Below, piece by piece: positions 7,427-15,300 of a stretch of 16,220 nt of DNA. The stretch lies in NCBI GenBank assembly GCA_964247135.1, contig CAXTTL010000104.1, forward strand, positions 1 to 16,220. The letters run 5' to 3'. Position numbers and translations under genes: made by a program. Position 1 is the stretch's first letter, and every line of letters starts with the position of its first letter. The notes beneath the pieces were generated by a model, which saw only the letters and a program-made list of their open reading frames with translations, made no database searches and was not told the origin of the DNA. The DNA is from an uncultured Deinococcales bacterium. Its GTDB lineage: Bacteria; Deinococcota; Deinococci; Deinococcales; JAAFIG01.

Positions 7427-8575
7427 TCAAACATTGTGCAAGGCGCTGTAATCCAAACTCGAGCGTTCCAACGCCTTCCCAAACGCCATCCCTGCAAACC
7501 CGAGTTGCTCGAGCGTCGTCTCCCGCCCCAAACTGAAGCGAATGCTGGCTCGAGCCTCATCTGGGCTGCGTCCAAGGGCAATCAGCACATGGCTCGGCTC
7601 GAGCGTTCCAGCGCTGCACGCGCTGCCCGAACTGGCGGCGACGCCTTCCAGGTCAAGGTTCATCAGCAAAGCTTCGCCGTCCACCCCCAGCGCGGTCACA
7701 TTGACATGGCGCGGACTGCGGTTGCTTGGGTGTCCGTTCAAACTGACGTTTTGATGCTCGAGCAGCATGGTTTGAAAGGCATTGCGTAAACCCTCGAGCC
7801 GCACGGATTCTTCTGGTTGAAGCCCCACAGCTTTTTCGGCGGCAAAACCCATGCCAACCGCACCAGGAACATTGTGCGTGCCGCCGCGCAAACCGCTCTC
7901 CTGATGCCCGCCGTAAAGCAACGGTGGAAGCTCGAGTCCACGCCGAATGAACAACGCGCCAACGCCTTTTGGACCGTAAAATTTGTGCGCCGAAATGGTC
8001 AGTAAATCACAACCCAACTCGAGCACATTTAACGGAACGTAACCCAAACTTTGCACGGCATCGACATGAAACACAATTCCCTTGGCGCGACAGACTTCAG
8101 AAATTTTACGCACATCTTGCAGGCTGCCAATTTCGTTGTTGACGTGCATGATGCTGACCAACGTGGTTTTTGCTGTAATCGCCTCGAGCACTTGCTCGGG
8201 ATCAATCACGCCAAATTCATCAGGCTTCAGGTAGGTGACTTCGCAACGTTTTGAAAGCTCGAGCGCTCTGGCAGGCGCAAGCACCGCGCTGTGCTCAATC
8301 GCGCTCGTGACGATCTGTCCACCCTTCGCCAAACCCAAGCCAAACAAAACTTGATTGTTGGCTTCGGTGCCGCCAGAGGTAAAAATCAGTTCTCGACTCG
8401 AGCAACCCAAAGCCCGTCCCAAACGTTCGCGGGCTTCCTCGAGCGCCTCCTTGGCGATGCTGCCCTCACGGTGAACGCTTGAGGCATTGCCTTGCAAAAA
8501 TTGGTATGGACGCATGAGCGCTTCGATGTCTAAATCGAGCGGTGTGGTCGCGGCATAATCGAGGTAAACACGCAT
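7427..8575 (-). CDS. iscS: Group I cysteine desulfurase (IscS/NifS family, 382 aa)
   Basis: YLDYAATTP, FTSGGTEANN, SAIEHSAV, HVDAVQ, PLP-lysine motif SAHKFYGPKG, catalytic SSGSAC. Start at ATG 8575 rather than 8698. Confidence 0.94.
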   Translation of the reverse strand: MRVYLDYAATTPLDLDIEALMRPYQFLQGNASSVHREGSIAKEALEEARERLGRALGCSSRELIFTSGGTEANNQVLFGLGLAKGGQIVTSAIEHSAVLAPARALELSKRCEVTYLKPDEFGVIDPEQVLEAITAKTTLVSIMHVNNEIGSLQDVRKISEVCRAKGIVFHVDAVQSLGYVPLNVLELGCDLLTISAHKFYGPKGVGALFIRRGLELPPLLYGGHQESGLRGGTHNVPGAVGMGFAAEKAVGLQPEESVRLEGLRNAFQTMLLEHQNVSLNGHPSNRSPRHVNVTALGVDGEALLMNLDLEGVAASSGSACSAGTLEPSHVLIALGRSPDEARASIRFSLGRETTLEQLGFAGMAFGKALERSSLDYSALHNV

Positions 8576-8598
8576 CAGAGGTATTGGAGGTATTGGTA

Positions 8599-8619
8599 GT
8601 AGGGTGCGCCCCGCGCACC
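8599..8619 (+). repeat. GTAG-type REP-like palindrome between the Rrf2 and desulfurase genes
   Basis: GTAG + GGTGCGC-CCC-GCGCACC (7-bp perfect stem). Single copy in this window. Confidence 0.55.
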
Positions 8620-8657
8620 AGTTTGTGCCAGACAGTGTCTTGGCTCGAGTTTTTGCT

Positions 8658-9125
8658 TTATGCCATCGGTAAGGCTTGCCCCGCCGCCACGTGTTCACGC
8701 ATTTGCAGCACCGCGTTGCCCAGTTCGGCTTCTTTCATCAGGTCGGCAAGGCTGGTGTTGCCCAGAACGTCCCGAATCGCGCCGTCCACCCGTCGCCACA
8801 GGCTCTCGGTGCCGCAGGCGGAGATGTGCGAGCAACTGCCAGGGTCTTCGATACAACTGACGGGCGCAAGGCTGCCCTCGAGCGCCTCAACGACTTGCAG
8901 CGCACTGATTTCTTCGGGCGCTCGAGAGAGTTTGTAACCACCGAACGCTCCGCGAACGCTGCGAATAAACCCTGCACGGCGCAGGTTGGCGGCGATTTGC
9001 TCGAGGTAATGCTGAGAAATGTCTTGCTTTTCGGCAACGTGTTTTAACGCCATCGCCTCGCCGCCTGCGGCAGCAATTTCGACCAGGGCGCGTAAACCGT
9101 ATTGGGCTTTGGTTGAAATCCACAT
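8658..9125 (-). CDS. iscR: Rrf2 family transcriptional regulator, IscR-like with three Cys
   Basis: ISTKAQYGLRAL, ISQHYLEQI, SVRGAFGGYKL, C-X6-C-X5-C (CIEDPGSCSHISAC). GGAGG RBS on the minus strand (9135-9139). Lies directly upstream of the cysteine desulfurase. Confidence 0.9.
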   Translation of the reverse strand: MWISTKAQYGLRALVEIAAAGGEAMALKHVAEKQDISQHYLEQIAANLRRAGFIRSVRGAFGGYKLSRAPEEISALQVVEALEGSLAPVSCIEDPGSCSHISACGTESLWRRVDGAIRDVLGNTSLADLMKEAELGNAVLQMREHVAAGQALPMA

Positions 9126-9149
9126 CGCTAAAAACCTCCAGGGTCAAAC

Positions 9150-9164
9150 TGAGAATGGTTCTCA
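9150..9164. promoter_or_regulatory. Fur-family-like 7-1-7 operator at the predicted transcription start of the Rrf2-iscS operon
   Basis: Minus strand TGAGAACCATTCTCA, one mismatch from the TGAGAATnATTCTCA Fur-box variant. Flanking AAA/TTT extend the dyad (9146-9168). Confidence 0.6.
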
Positions 9165-9202
9165 ATTTAATCCCGTAAAAACCTTACGTCAAGTACGGGA
9201 TT
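9164..9202 (-). promoter_or_regulatory. Sigma-70 promoter of the Rrf2-iscS operon, straddled by a 9-bp inverted repeat (candidate Rrf2 operator)
   Basis: Minus strand TTGACG (9192-9187), 17 nt, TAAATT (9169-9164). Inverted repeat AATCCCGTA (9169-9177) -N16- TACGGGATT (9194-9202). Confidence 0.75.
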
Positions 9203-9292
9203 CACCTTGTCTCGAACTGAACAAAAAATATGGCTTAGGTCTTGTCCAAGAATCAAATCTCGAGCTTGCTTTGCGTTTAAAACAGTTGAAGT

Positions 9293-9607
9293 TCAAGCCC
9301 TTAAGAACGCCACACCGACCAAAACCAGCAGTGCGCCAGCCAACTTGGTGAGCGGATAACCTTCCTGAAAAAACACCACGCCAAAACCAAATGCCAAGAG
9401 CGCCTCGAGTCCAAGCACGGCAATGTAGGTCACGCTCATCTGTTGTTGTTTCATGGCGATGGTTTGAATCCCTGCGCCCAGCACAAACAACAGCATGGCA
9501 ACAAGGCTTGGCGCAAATTTTGAGAGTCCGTCGGCGTATTTCATGGCGATACCACCGGTGGCGAAGGCGGCAGCCGCAATAAAAATCAGGATCATGTTGA
9601 AGTTCAT
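9293..9607 (-). CDS. SMR/DMT superfamily small membrane protein (104 aa, four predicted TM helices)
   Basis: GGAGGAAAG before ATG 9607. MKYADG resembles EmrE MKFSEG; FFQEG...KLAGALLVLVGV is the typical SMR C-terminus. Four hydrophobic stretches. Confidence 0.85.
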   Translation of the reverse strand: MNFNMILIFIAAAAFATGGIAMKYADGLSKFAPSLVAMLLFVLGAGIQTIAMKQQQMSVTYIAVLGLEALLAFGFGVVFFQEGYPLTKLAGALLVLVGVAFLRA

Positions 9608-9661
9608 CTTTCCTCCGTTGTGACCCGAGTTTGCAACAACCACCGTCACCCGAGCGTTACC

Positions 9662-9692
9662 AAGAAAAAGAACCTGTCATGAACAGGTTCTT
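9662..9692 (-). terminator. Rho-independent terminator downstream of the malic enzyme gene
   Basis: Perfect 10-bp inverted repeat AAGAACCTGT (9668-9677) / ACAGGTTCTT (9683-9692), 5-nt loop, followed by TTTCTT on the minus strand. Confidence 0.8.
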
Positions 9693-9708
9693 ATTGCTTT
9701 CGGAGGTT

Positions 9709-11442
9709 TTAAGTGTGCTTGCGAAACGGCAAATATTTCGGATGCCAAAACCGTGTTCGCGCAAACGCCTCGAGCGCCGCCAAATCCAAACCCCTGATGC
9801 GGTACTCGGCAGCCACCCCGTCTTGAAGGGCTTTTTGCATGACCCGAGCCGCCACTTTGATGCTGACCTCGCGCAATCCAGCAATCCGTGGGTAAACGCG
9901 CCCAGCATCCAAGGAGGCTTGCGGGGTTTCTTCTGCCAAAGTGTACGATGCCTCGAGCACCATGCCGTCGGTGATTTCTCGGGCGCGTGCCAGCACCGCA
10001 CCAAAGCCCAAACCTGGGAAAATGAAGGCGTTGTTGCCCTGCCCAATTGGATACGTCTTGCCGTTCAAGACCACATCTTCAAACGGGCTGCCCGTGGCGA
10101 CGATGGCTGCGCCGTTCGTCCAACGCAGCGCGTCTTCGGGCAGGACTTCGGTGTTGGCGGTCGGATTTGACAGCGGGAAAACAATCGGGCGGCTGGTGTT
10201 CTCGAGCAGCGCCCTGACCACCGGTTCGGTGAACACGCCACCTTGCCCTGAAAGCCCCAGCAAGACCGTGGCTTTCGCATTCTGGATTGTCTCGAGCAAA
10301 CTTGGCGCCGCGCCCGTTACCGTCCATCCTGCGACGCGTGCCAGGGTCTGACGATAACCGTGCTTGTACTCCTCCATGCTGCGATCCTCGAGCAATAAGC
10401 CTTTGGAATCCAAGACCAGCACACGGTCATGCGCCTGTTGTTCGCTCAACCCCGCCCGCACCATGCCCTGACGCATTGCCCACGCCACACCGATGCCACC
10501 CGCGCCAGCCCCGTGAATCACCACGGTTTGATCCTCGAGTTTCTCGTTTTTCAGTTTTAAAGCGTTCACCACCCCCGCCAGCGTGACCGCGCCCGTGCCT
10601 TGAATGTCGTCGTTAAAACTCGGCACAAGTTTGCGGTAACGCTCGAGCACCCTGAAGGCGGTGTCTTTGGAGAAATCTTCCCATTGAATGATGGCTTTTG
10701 GATACCGTGCCGTGACCGATTCGACGAAGGTGTCAATAAATTTATCGTAAGCCTCGCCCGTCAAACGCTTGTGCCTGACCCCCAAATAAAGCGGGTCGTT
10801 GATTAAATCCTGACGGTCCGTGCCGACGTCCAAACCGACGGGCAACGTCTTGTCTGGACCGACGCCGCCAGCCACCGTGTAAATCGAAAGTTTGCCGATG
10901 CTGATCGCCATGCCGCCAAAACCCTGATCGCCAATGCCCAAAATCGCGCTCGAGTCGGTGGCGACAATCATGCGCACATCCTCGAGTGGCACGTTTGCCA
11001 GGGCTTGATCCGAATGCTCGAGGTTGTCGGTGGAAATGCTCAAACCGCGCGGGAAACGGTAGATGTGGCTGAACAATTTAACGGCATCGCCCACGGTGGG
11101 CGTGTACAGAATCGGCAGCATCTCCTCGAGATGATCTTCGACCAGCGCGAAAAACAAAACCTCGTTGCGGTCTTGAAGATTGCGCAAGTAAATATGTTTC
11201 TCGAGGGCGTTGTTTTGCAAGCGGTAACGTTGATACGAACGCTCTTTTTGTTCCTCGACCGTGCTGACGTGTGGCGGCAATAGACCATCAAGCTCGAGCA
11301 ACTCACGCTCGGATCGGGTGAAAGCCGTGGATTTGTTCATTAAGGGCAGGCGCAGCAGCGGAAACCCAGTGACCGCCACCTCGAGGAATCTCTCGCCGTG
11401 TTCGTCGCGCAGAACGTCGTAATACTTGGAAACCCGTGCCAT
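9709..11442 (-). CDS. maeA: NAD-dependent malic enzyme (MaeA/SfcA large-subunit type, 577 aa)
   Basis: [86 protein letters not shown]. Start ATG 11442 with GAGGT SD. Confidence 0.95.
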   Translation of the reverse strand: MARVSKYYDVLRDEHGERFLEVAVTGFPLLRLPLMNKSTAFTRSERELLELDGLLPPHVSTVEEQKERSYQRYRLQNNALEKHIYLRNLQDRNEVLFFALVEDHLEEMLPILYTPTVGDAVKLFSHIYRFPRGLSISTDNLEHSDQALANVPLEDVRMIVATDSSAILGIGDQGFGGMAISIGKLSIYTVAGGVGPDKTLPVGLDVGTDRQDLINDPLYLGVRHKRLTGEAYDKFIDTFVESVTARYPKAIIQWEDFSKDTAFRVLERYRKLVPSFNDDIQGTGAVTLAGVVNALKLKNEKLEDQTVVIHGAGAGGIGVAWAMRQGMVRAGLSEQQAHDRVLVLDSKGLLLEDRSMEEYKHGYRQTLARVAGWTVTGAAPSLLETIQNAKATVLLGLSGQGGVFTEPVVRALLENTSRPIVFPLSNPTANTEVLPEDALRWTNGAAIVATGSPFEDVVLNGKTYPIGQGNNAFIFPGLGFGAVLARAREITDGMVLEASYTLAEETPQASLDAGRVYPRIAGLREVSIKVAARVMQKALQDGVAAEYRIRGLDLAALEAFARTRFWHPKYLPFRKHT

Positions 11443-11503
11443 AAAAACCTCGAGCTTTCTTCCTCGAGACTGGCTCGAGAATTGAACGTTTGTTTGGAAG
11501 ATG

Positions 11504-11512
11504 AGCATAACA
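11504..11512 (-). promoter_or_regulatory. Putative extended -10 promoter of the malic enzyme gene
   Basis: Minus strand TGtTATGCT (TGnTANNNT), about 60 nt upstream of ATG 11442. Confidence 0.45.
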
Positions 11513-11609
11513 AACTTGGGGTGCCGAATGCCAAAGCGTGCCGACTAAGTTCTGGCTAAGTGCCACTTGCGATACTCGAGGCAAGAAAGATTTTCAAAGG
11601 AGAACAAAC

Positions 11610-12263
11610 ATGAAAAACACGATCAGCAAGAATCAAAAGACCATCATCTGGGTTTCGGTCGCACTTGTCTTGGCGGCATCGGCAGCCTCGAACATGCTCG
11701 AGCATCAACGGCAACCCAGCGCAGGGTACGGCAATCAAGCCAACTCGAACAACTGGCAAATGCAAAATAACTCGGGCAACTGGCAAATGCCGAACAACTC
11801 GGGGAATAACTTTAACAACAATGCAGACATGAATTCAGATTCAATCGGTTCATACACCCAACAAAATCAAGACAACATGCCAATCGTCTCGAGTGGCGGT
11901 TTCGCTGGAAATCAAGGCGCGGCGATGGGTTCAAACTCGAGCAATTCTGACATGGGTTCGAGCGCCGTGACCGACGGTTATTGGGATCGTCAAGCGATTC
12001 AAGACGGCATTGCGCACGACCAGAGCAACCAAATTCTCGATCAGGCAACTGTACAAAATCAGGATACGGGCGAAACCTTCCAAGTCCAATCTGGCAGCGA
12101 TTCGTACTATCAATCGCCAAGTGCCGACGCGGCAGTGGGAGGCAATGGCATTGTCGGCGTGGACGCCGGCGGGGTTGCCCCGAGCGACGGCACGCAACTT
12201 TCGGTGGTGACGGGCAGCGATTCAAGCTCGAGCAGCAGCTCAAGCTCGAGCGGAGGTGAGTGA
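11610..12263 (+). CDS. Exported or membrane-anchored low-complexity (N/Q/S/G-rich) hypothetical protein (217 aa)
   Basis: AAGGAG RBS at 11597-11602; basic N-terminus then hydrophobic IIWVSVALVLAASAA; NWQMxNNSG repeats; poly-Ser tail. Confidence 0.8.
   Translation: MKNTISKNQKTIIWVSVALVLAASAASNMLEHQRQPSAGYGNQANSNNWQMQNNSGNWQMPNNSGNNFNNNADMNSDSIGSYTQQNQDNMPIVSSGGFAGNQGAAMGSNSSNSDMGSSAVTDGYWDRQAIQDGIAHDQSNQILDQATVQNQDTGETFQVQSGSDSYYQSPSADAAVGGNGIVGVDAGGVAPSDGTQLSVVTGSDSSSSSSSSSSGGE
11751..11804 (+). repeat. 27-bp coding tandem repeat (two copies, NWQM[QP]NNSG)
   Basis: AACTGGCAAATGCAAAATAACTCGGGC / AACTGGCAAATGCCGAACAACTCGGGG. Confidence 0.85.
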
Positions 12264-12354
12264 GGCTTGGGCGGACTTCAGCCTGATTGATTATTTCCCG
12301 TTCTTCAGACCGCTCGGCATTGTGATTGGGTTCAGATTCACAGGGGGAACAAAG

Positions 12355-15300
12355 ATGCAAACACGACTCGAGGGCTTGCAAAAATCATGTTTGGTGCTCT
12401 TTCTAAGTTGTTTGGTGGCTTGCGGTGACCCTGGGGTGCAACCGCCGCCACCGACACCTGGTCCAACCTTGAGCACGCAAACGGTTGGCATCAAAGTCCA
12501 ATTCCCGAGCGGCGTAACCATTCCGACAAACGGCTTGAAGCTCGAGACGGCACTTGGAAGCTTGCCTGTTGCGGCGGACGGAAGCACCCAAGCCGAAATC
12601 TTCGAGCAAGGACCGCAATTCGCCCAAGTCTTAAACGCCAACGACAACCCAGTCCTCATGGGTTGGGCGCGTCCTGGTAACGTCAGTTTTACGGTGAACA
12701 CTACGGCTCAAGTGCTGATGTACTTTGATTTGGGAAGCTACCTCAGCACGCCAGACCTTCGGGCGGCGATCATGGATGCGCTGTCCAAAAGCACGGAATT
12801 AAAGCCGCTCGAGGATGCGATTGCGCTGGCGCTGTCAACCGACCCGAACAGCATGGGGGCGGACAATCCCAGCATTTCGGCGGCAATCAACGCGGTGCAC
12901 GCCAAATTGCTCCAGAATCCAGTTTTGCAGCAGGTCAAACCCAGGTCCATTCAGATCAACCCGCTCGCGCCCAAAAGTGGTCTCGAGATTCTGCAAGGCG
13001 ACGGTCAGCACGTCAAGGTTCGCAACACCTACCGCCGCCGCGCCAAAGTGTTCGTGGACCGGGTGGCAACGATTGACGAGAACGGCGTGCGTCAAAATTT
13101 GGTGCTCGCCGCTCGAGGTTCGGCGACCGATATTTCACCGACCCTGACCACGACTTCGGTGTACGGCAGCATTGCCGATTTTATTCTGGCGGGCATTCCT
13201 GGAACGGACGCGACGGGCAAGTACGCCTGGCAACCTGTCGATAGCGACCCGATCCTGATGCAGATTGTGCCCGATACCGCGCTCGGCAGCGTGTACTCGC
13301 TTCGCGCGGTGGGCGCGGGTGGCAGCCTTGGGGAATACAGCGACCTGACCGATTTGCAAAAAAAGACCCAACGGGATTTGACCCAAAAAACCATGATCGT
13401 GGATTTTCTGCTGCCCTTTATCACCGGAGTCGCCATGCCGACCGCAGGCGATCTGGTCAAGACACTTCAAGACAATGCCCTGGCTTACGGTGTGCTGGCT
13501 GACGCGATCAACCTTGTGCCGCAAGCCATTTGGGACAAAGCCTTCGCGGGTGACTTCAAGGGTGCGGTCAAGGATTTGATTGGGGCTTTTATGAATCCGG
13601 CAGCTTACGGCGCCAGCAACATCATGAAAACCCGCATGATCGAACTCGCGGCGGTCTTGGTCGCAAAGGGTCGAGCGGCGGCGGTGGTGGACCGGGTTGC
13701 CAGAATGTTCACCGACAAATTTGGCAGAATCATTGACAAGATTGACAAGGTTCTGGCAGTTTTCGATGCCTCGGCGCAGGTGCATGATGTTCTCAGCTCG
13801 AGCCAGTCCGCAATCTGGGAAATCACGGTCAAAAAAGGCAAGTTGCGCTTGACACCACCCGAGCAAACCGTCAGCAAGTACGGCATTGCACGGGTTCACG
13901 AAAAAATCGACAGTCCCGAAAGTTACACGGGTTTGCAATATCAGGTTTCGACCAGTGGCAAGTTTGGTCATTTGTACAAAGACGGCGTCCGACAAACGGG
14001 GTCGTTTACGGTCAATCTCGACCTTCTGGGCGTCATTTACGTGCCGGACATCCCGCTGCCACCTGCCGACGCGGGTGGCAAACGTCAGGACACCATCACG
14101 ATTGAGGCGACTGGCTTTGATGGCAATCTGAAAACCTCAATCGGCGTTGGCACGGTTGTGATCAACAGCGAAGGTGCGACGCTGGATGCCGCGCCGCGTT
14201 CGGTGTCTGGCGGCGCCGGTCCCGGTCAAAAGGCAGTCACCTCTTTTAATGTCATCAGCACCGAGGGCAAGAACAGTTATTCCGTCTCGAGCGCTGGACC
14301 TTTTGGGGTGGTGTTAAACGGTTCGGGCAAACTCAACAGCGGTGAATCTCGAGCGGTGCGTCTGGAAGCCATTTGTCCAGATGTTGAAACCCAAGATGGC
14401 AGCTCGTACACCATTCAAGGTTCGCTGACCGTGTACGGACTGAGCGAATCTGGTCAGAACCTGCCGCCAATCGGTGTTGCCGCCAGCCTGACTTGCGGCA
14501 CGCGCAAAGCCAAAAGCTGGGGCGATCCGCACCTTCAAACCTTCGACGGTCGGGCGTACAATTTCCAGGCGACGGGCGATTTTGTGCTGACCCATTCGCT
14601 GACCGATCAATTTCAGGTGCAGGTGAGGTACAGAAGCGGTGGCGGCAACATTTCTTACAATCAAGCCATCGCCGCCAAAGTTGGTCTCAGTGTGGTCGAA
14701 GTCTACGCCACCGCCAGCGGCAATCCCAAAGTGCTGATCGACCACACACTGCTGGACACCTCGAGTCCCGTCAACCGTGACCTGATCGGCGGCGGAGCCA
14801 TCAGTGTGAACGGCACGCAGGTCAGCATCGCCTGGGCAGACGGCAGCAACCTCAGCCTGACGGGCGGCAACGACTGGTTTTACAACATCGATTTGAGTGT
14901 CCCCGCCGGACGCTCCGGGCAACTCGAGGGACTGCTGGGCAATGCCGACGGCGATGCCACCAACGACATTCGGATCAAGGGCGGTGCCGTGATTGCCAAC
15001 CCCAGCGAGAAAGACCTGTACCTGCAATACCGTCAATCGTGGCACGTTCCGCTGACCAGTCCAGCCTCGTTGTTCAGCCAGGGACCCGATTTGTACGACC
15101 CGTTCTATCCGGTCAACGTGGTCTCGCTCGAGGACCTTGACCCGACCGCCATTGCCAATGCCCAACAAATCTGTCTCGAGCGCGGCGTGCTTGACCCAGA
15201 ACTCTTCAAGCTGTGCGTGTTCGATGTCGCCGTTTCCGGCGATCCAAAATTTGCCGATTACGCCCTGGGACTCGACCCGAACGTGCTGCGCGTGCTGGTC

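Noticed and set aside
9608-9661. Guanidine riboswitch upstream of the SMR gene
   Set aside because: No twin ACGR-loop hairpins or other recognisable guanidine aptamer features, and the protein lacks the Gdx glutamate motif.
11521-11568. GTGCC repeats as a sigma-54 promoter (minus-strand GGCAC)
   Set aside because: None gives the required GG-N10-GC spacing, and the short repeats could be chance.
6520-11609. Upstream starts given by the ORF track (6520, 8698, 9649, 11508, 11538)
   Set aside because: The extensions overlap promoters or neighbouring genes and precede the conserved N-termini. The downstream ATGs have an SD, a -10 element or a family-typical start.
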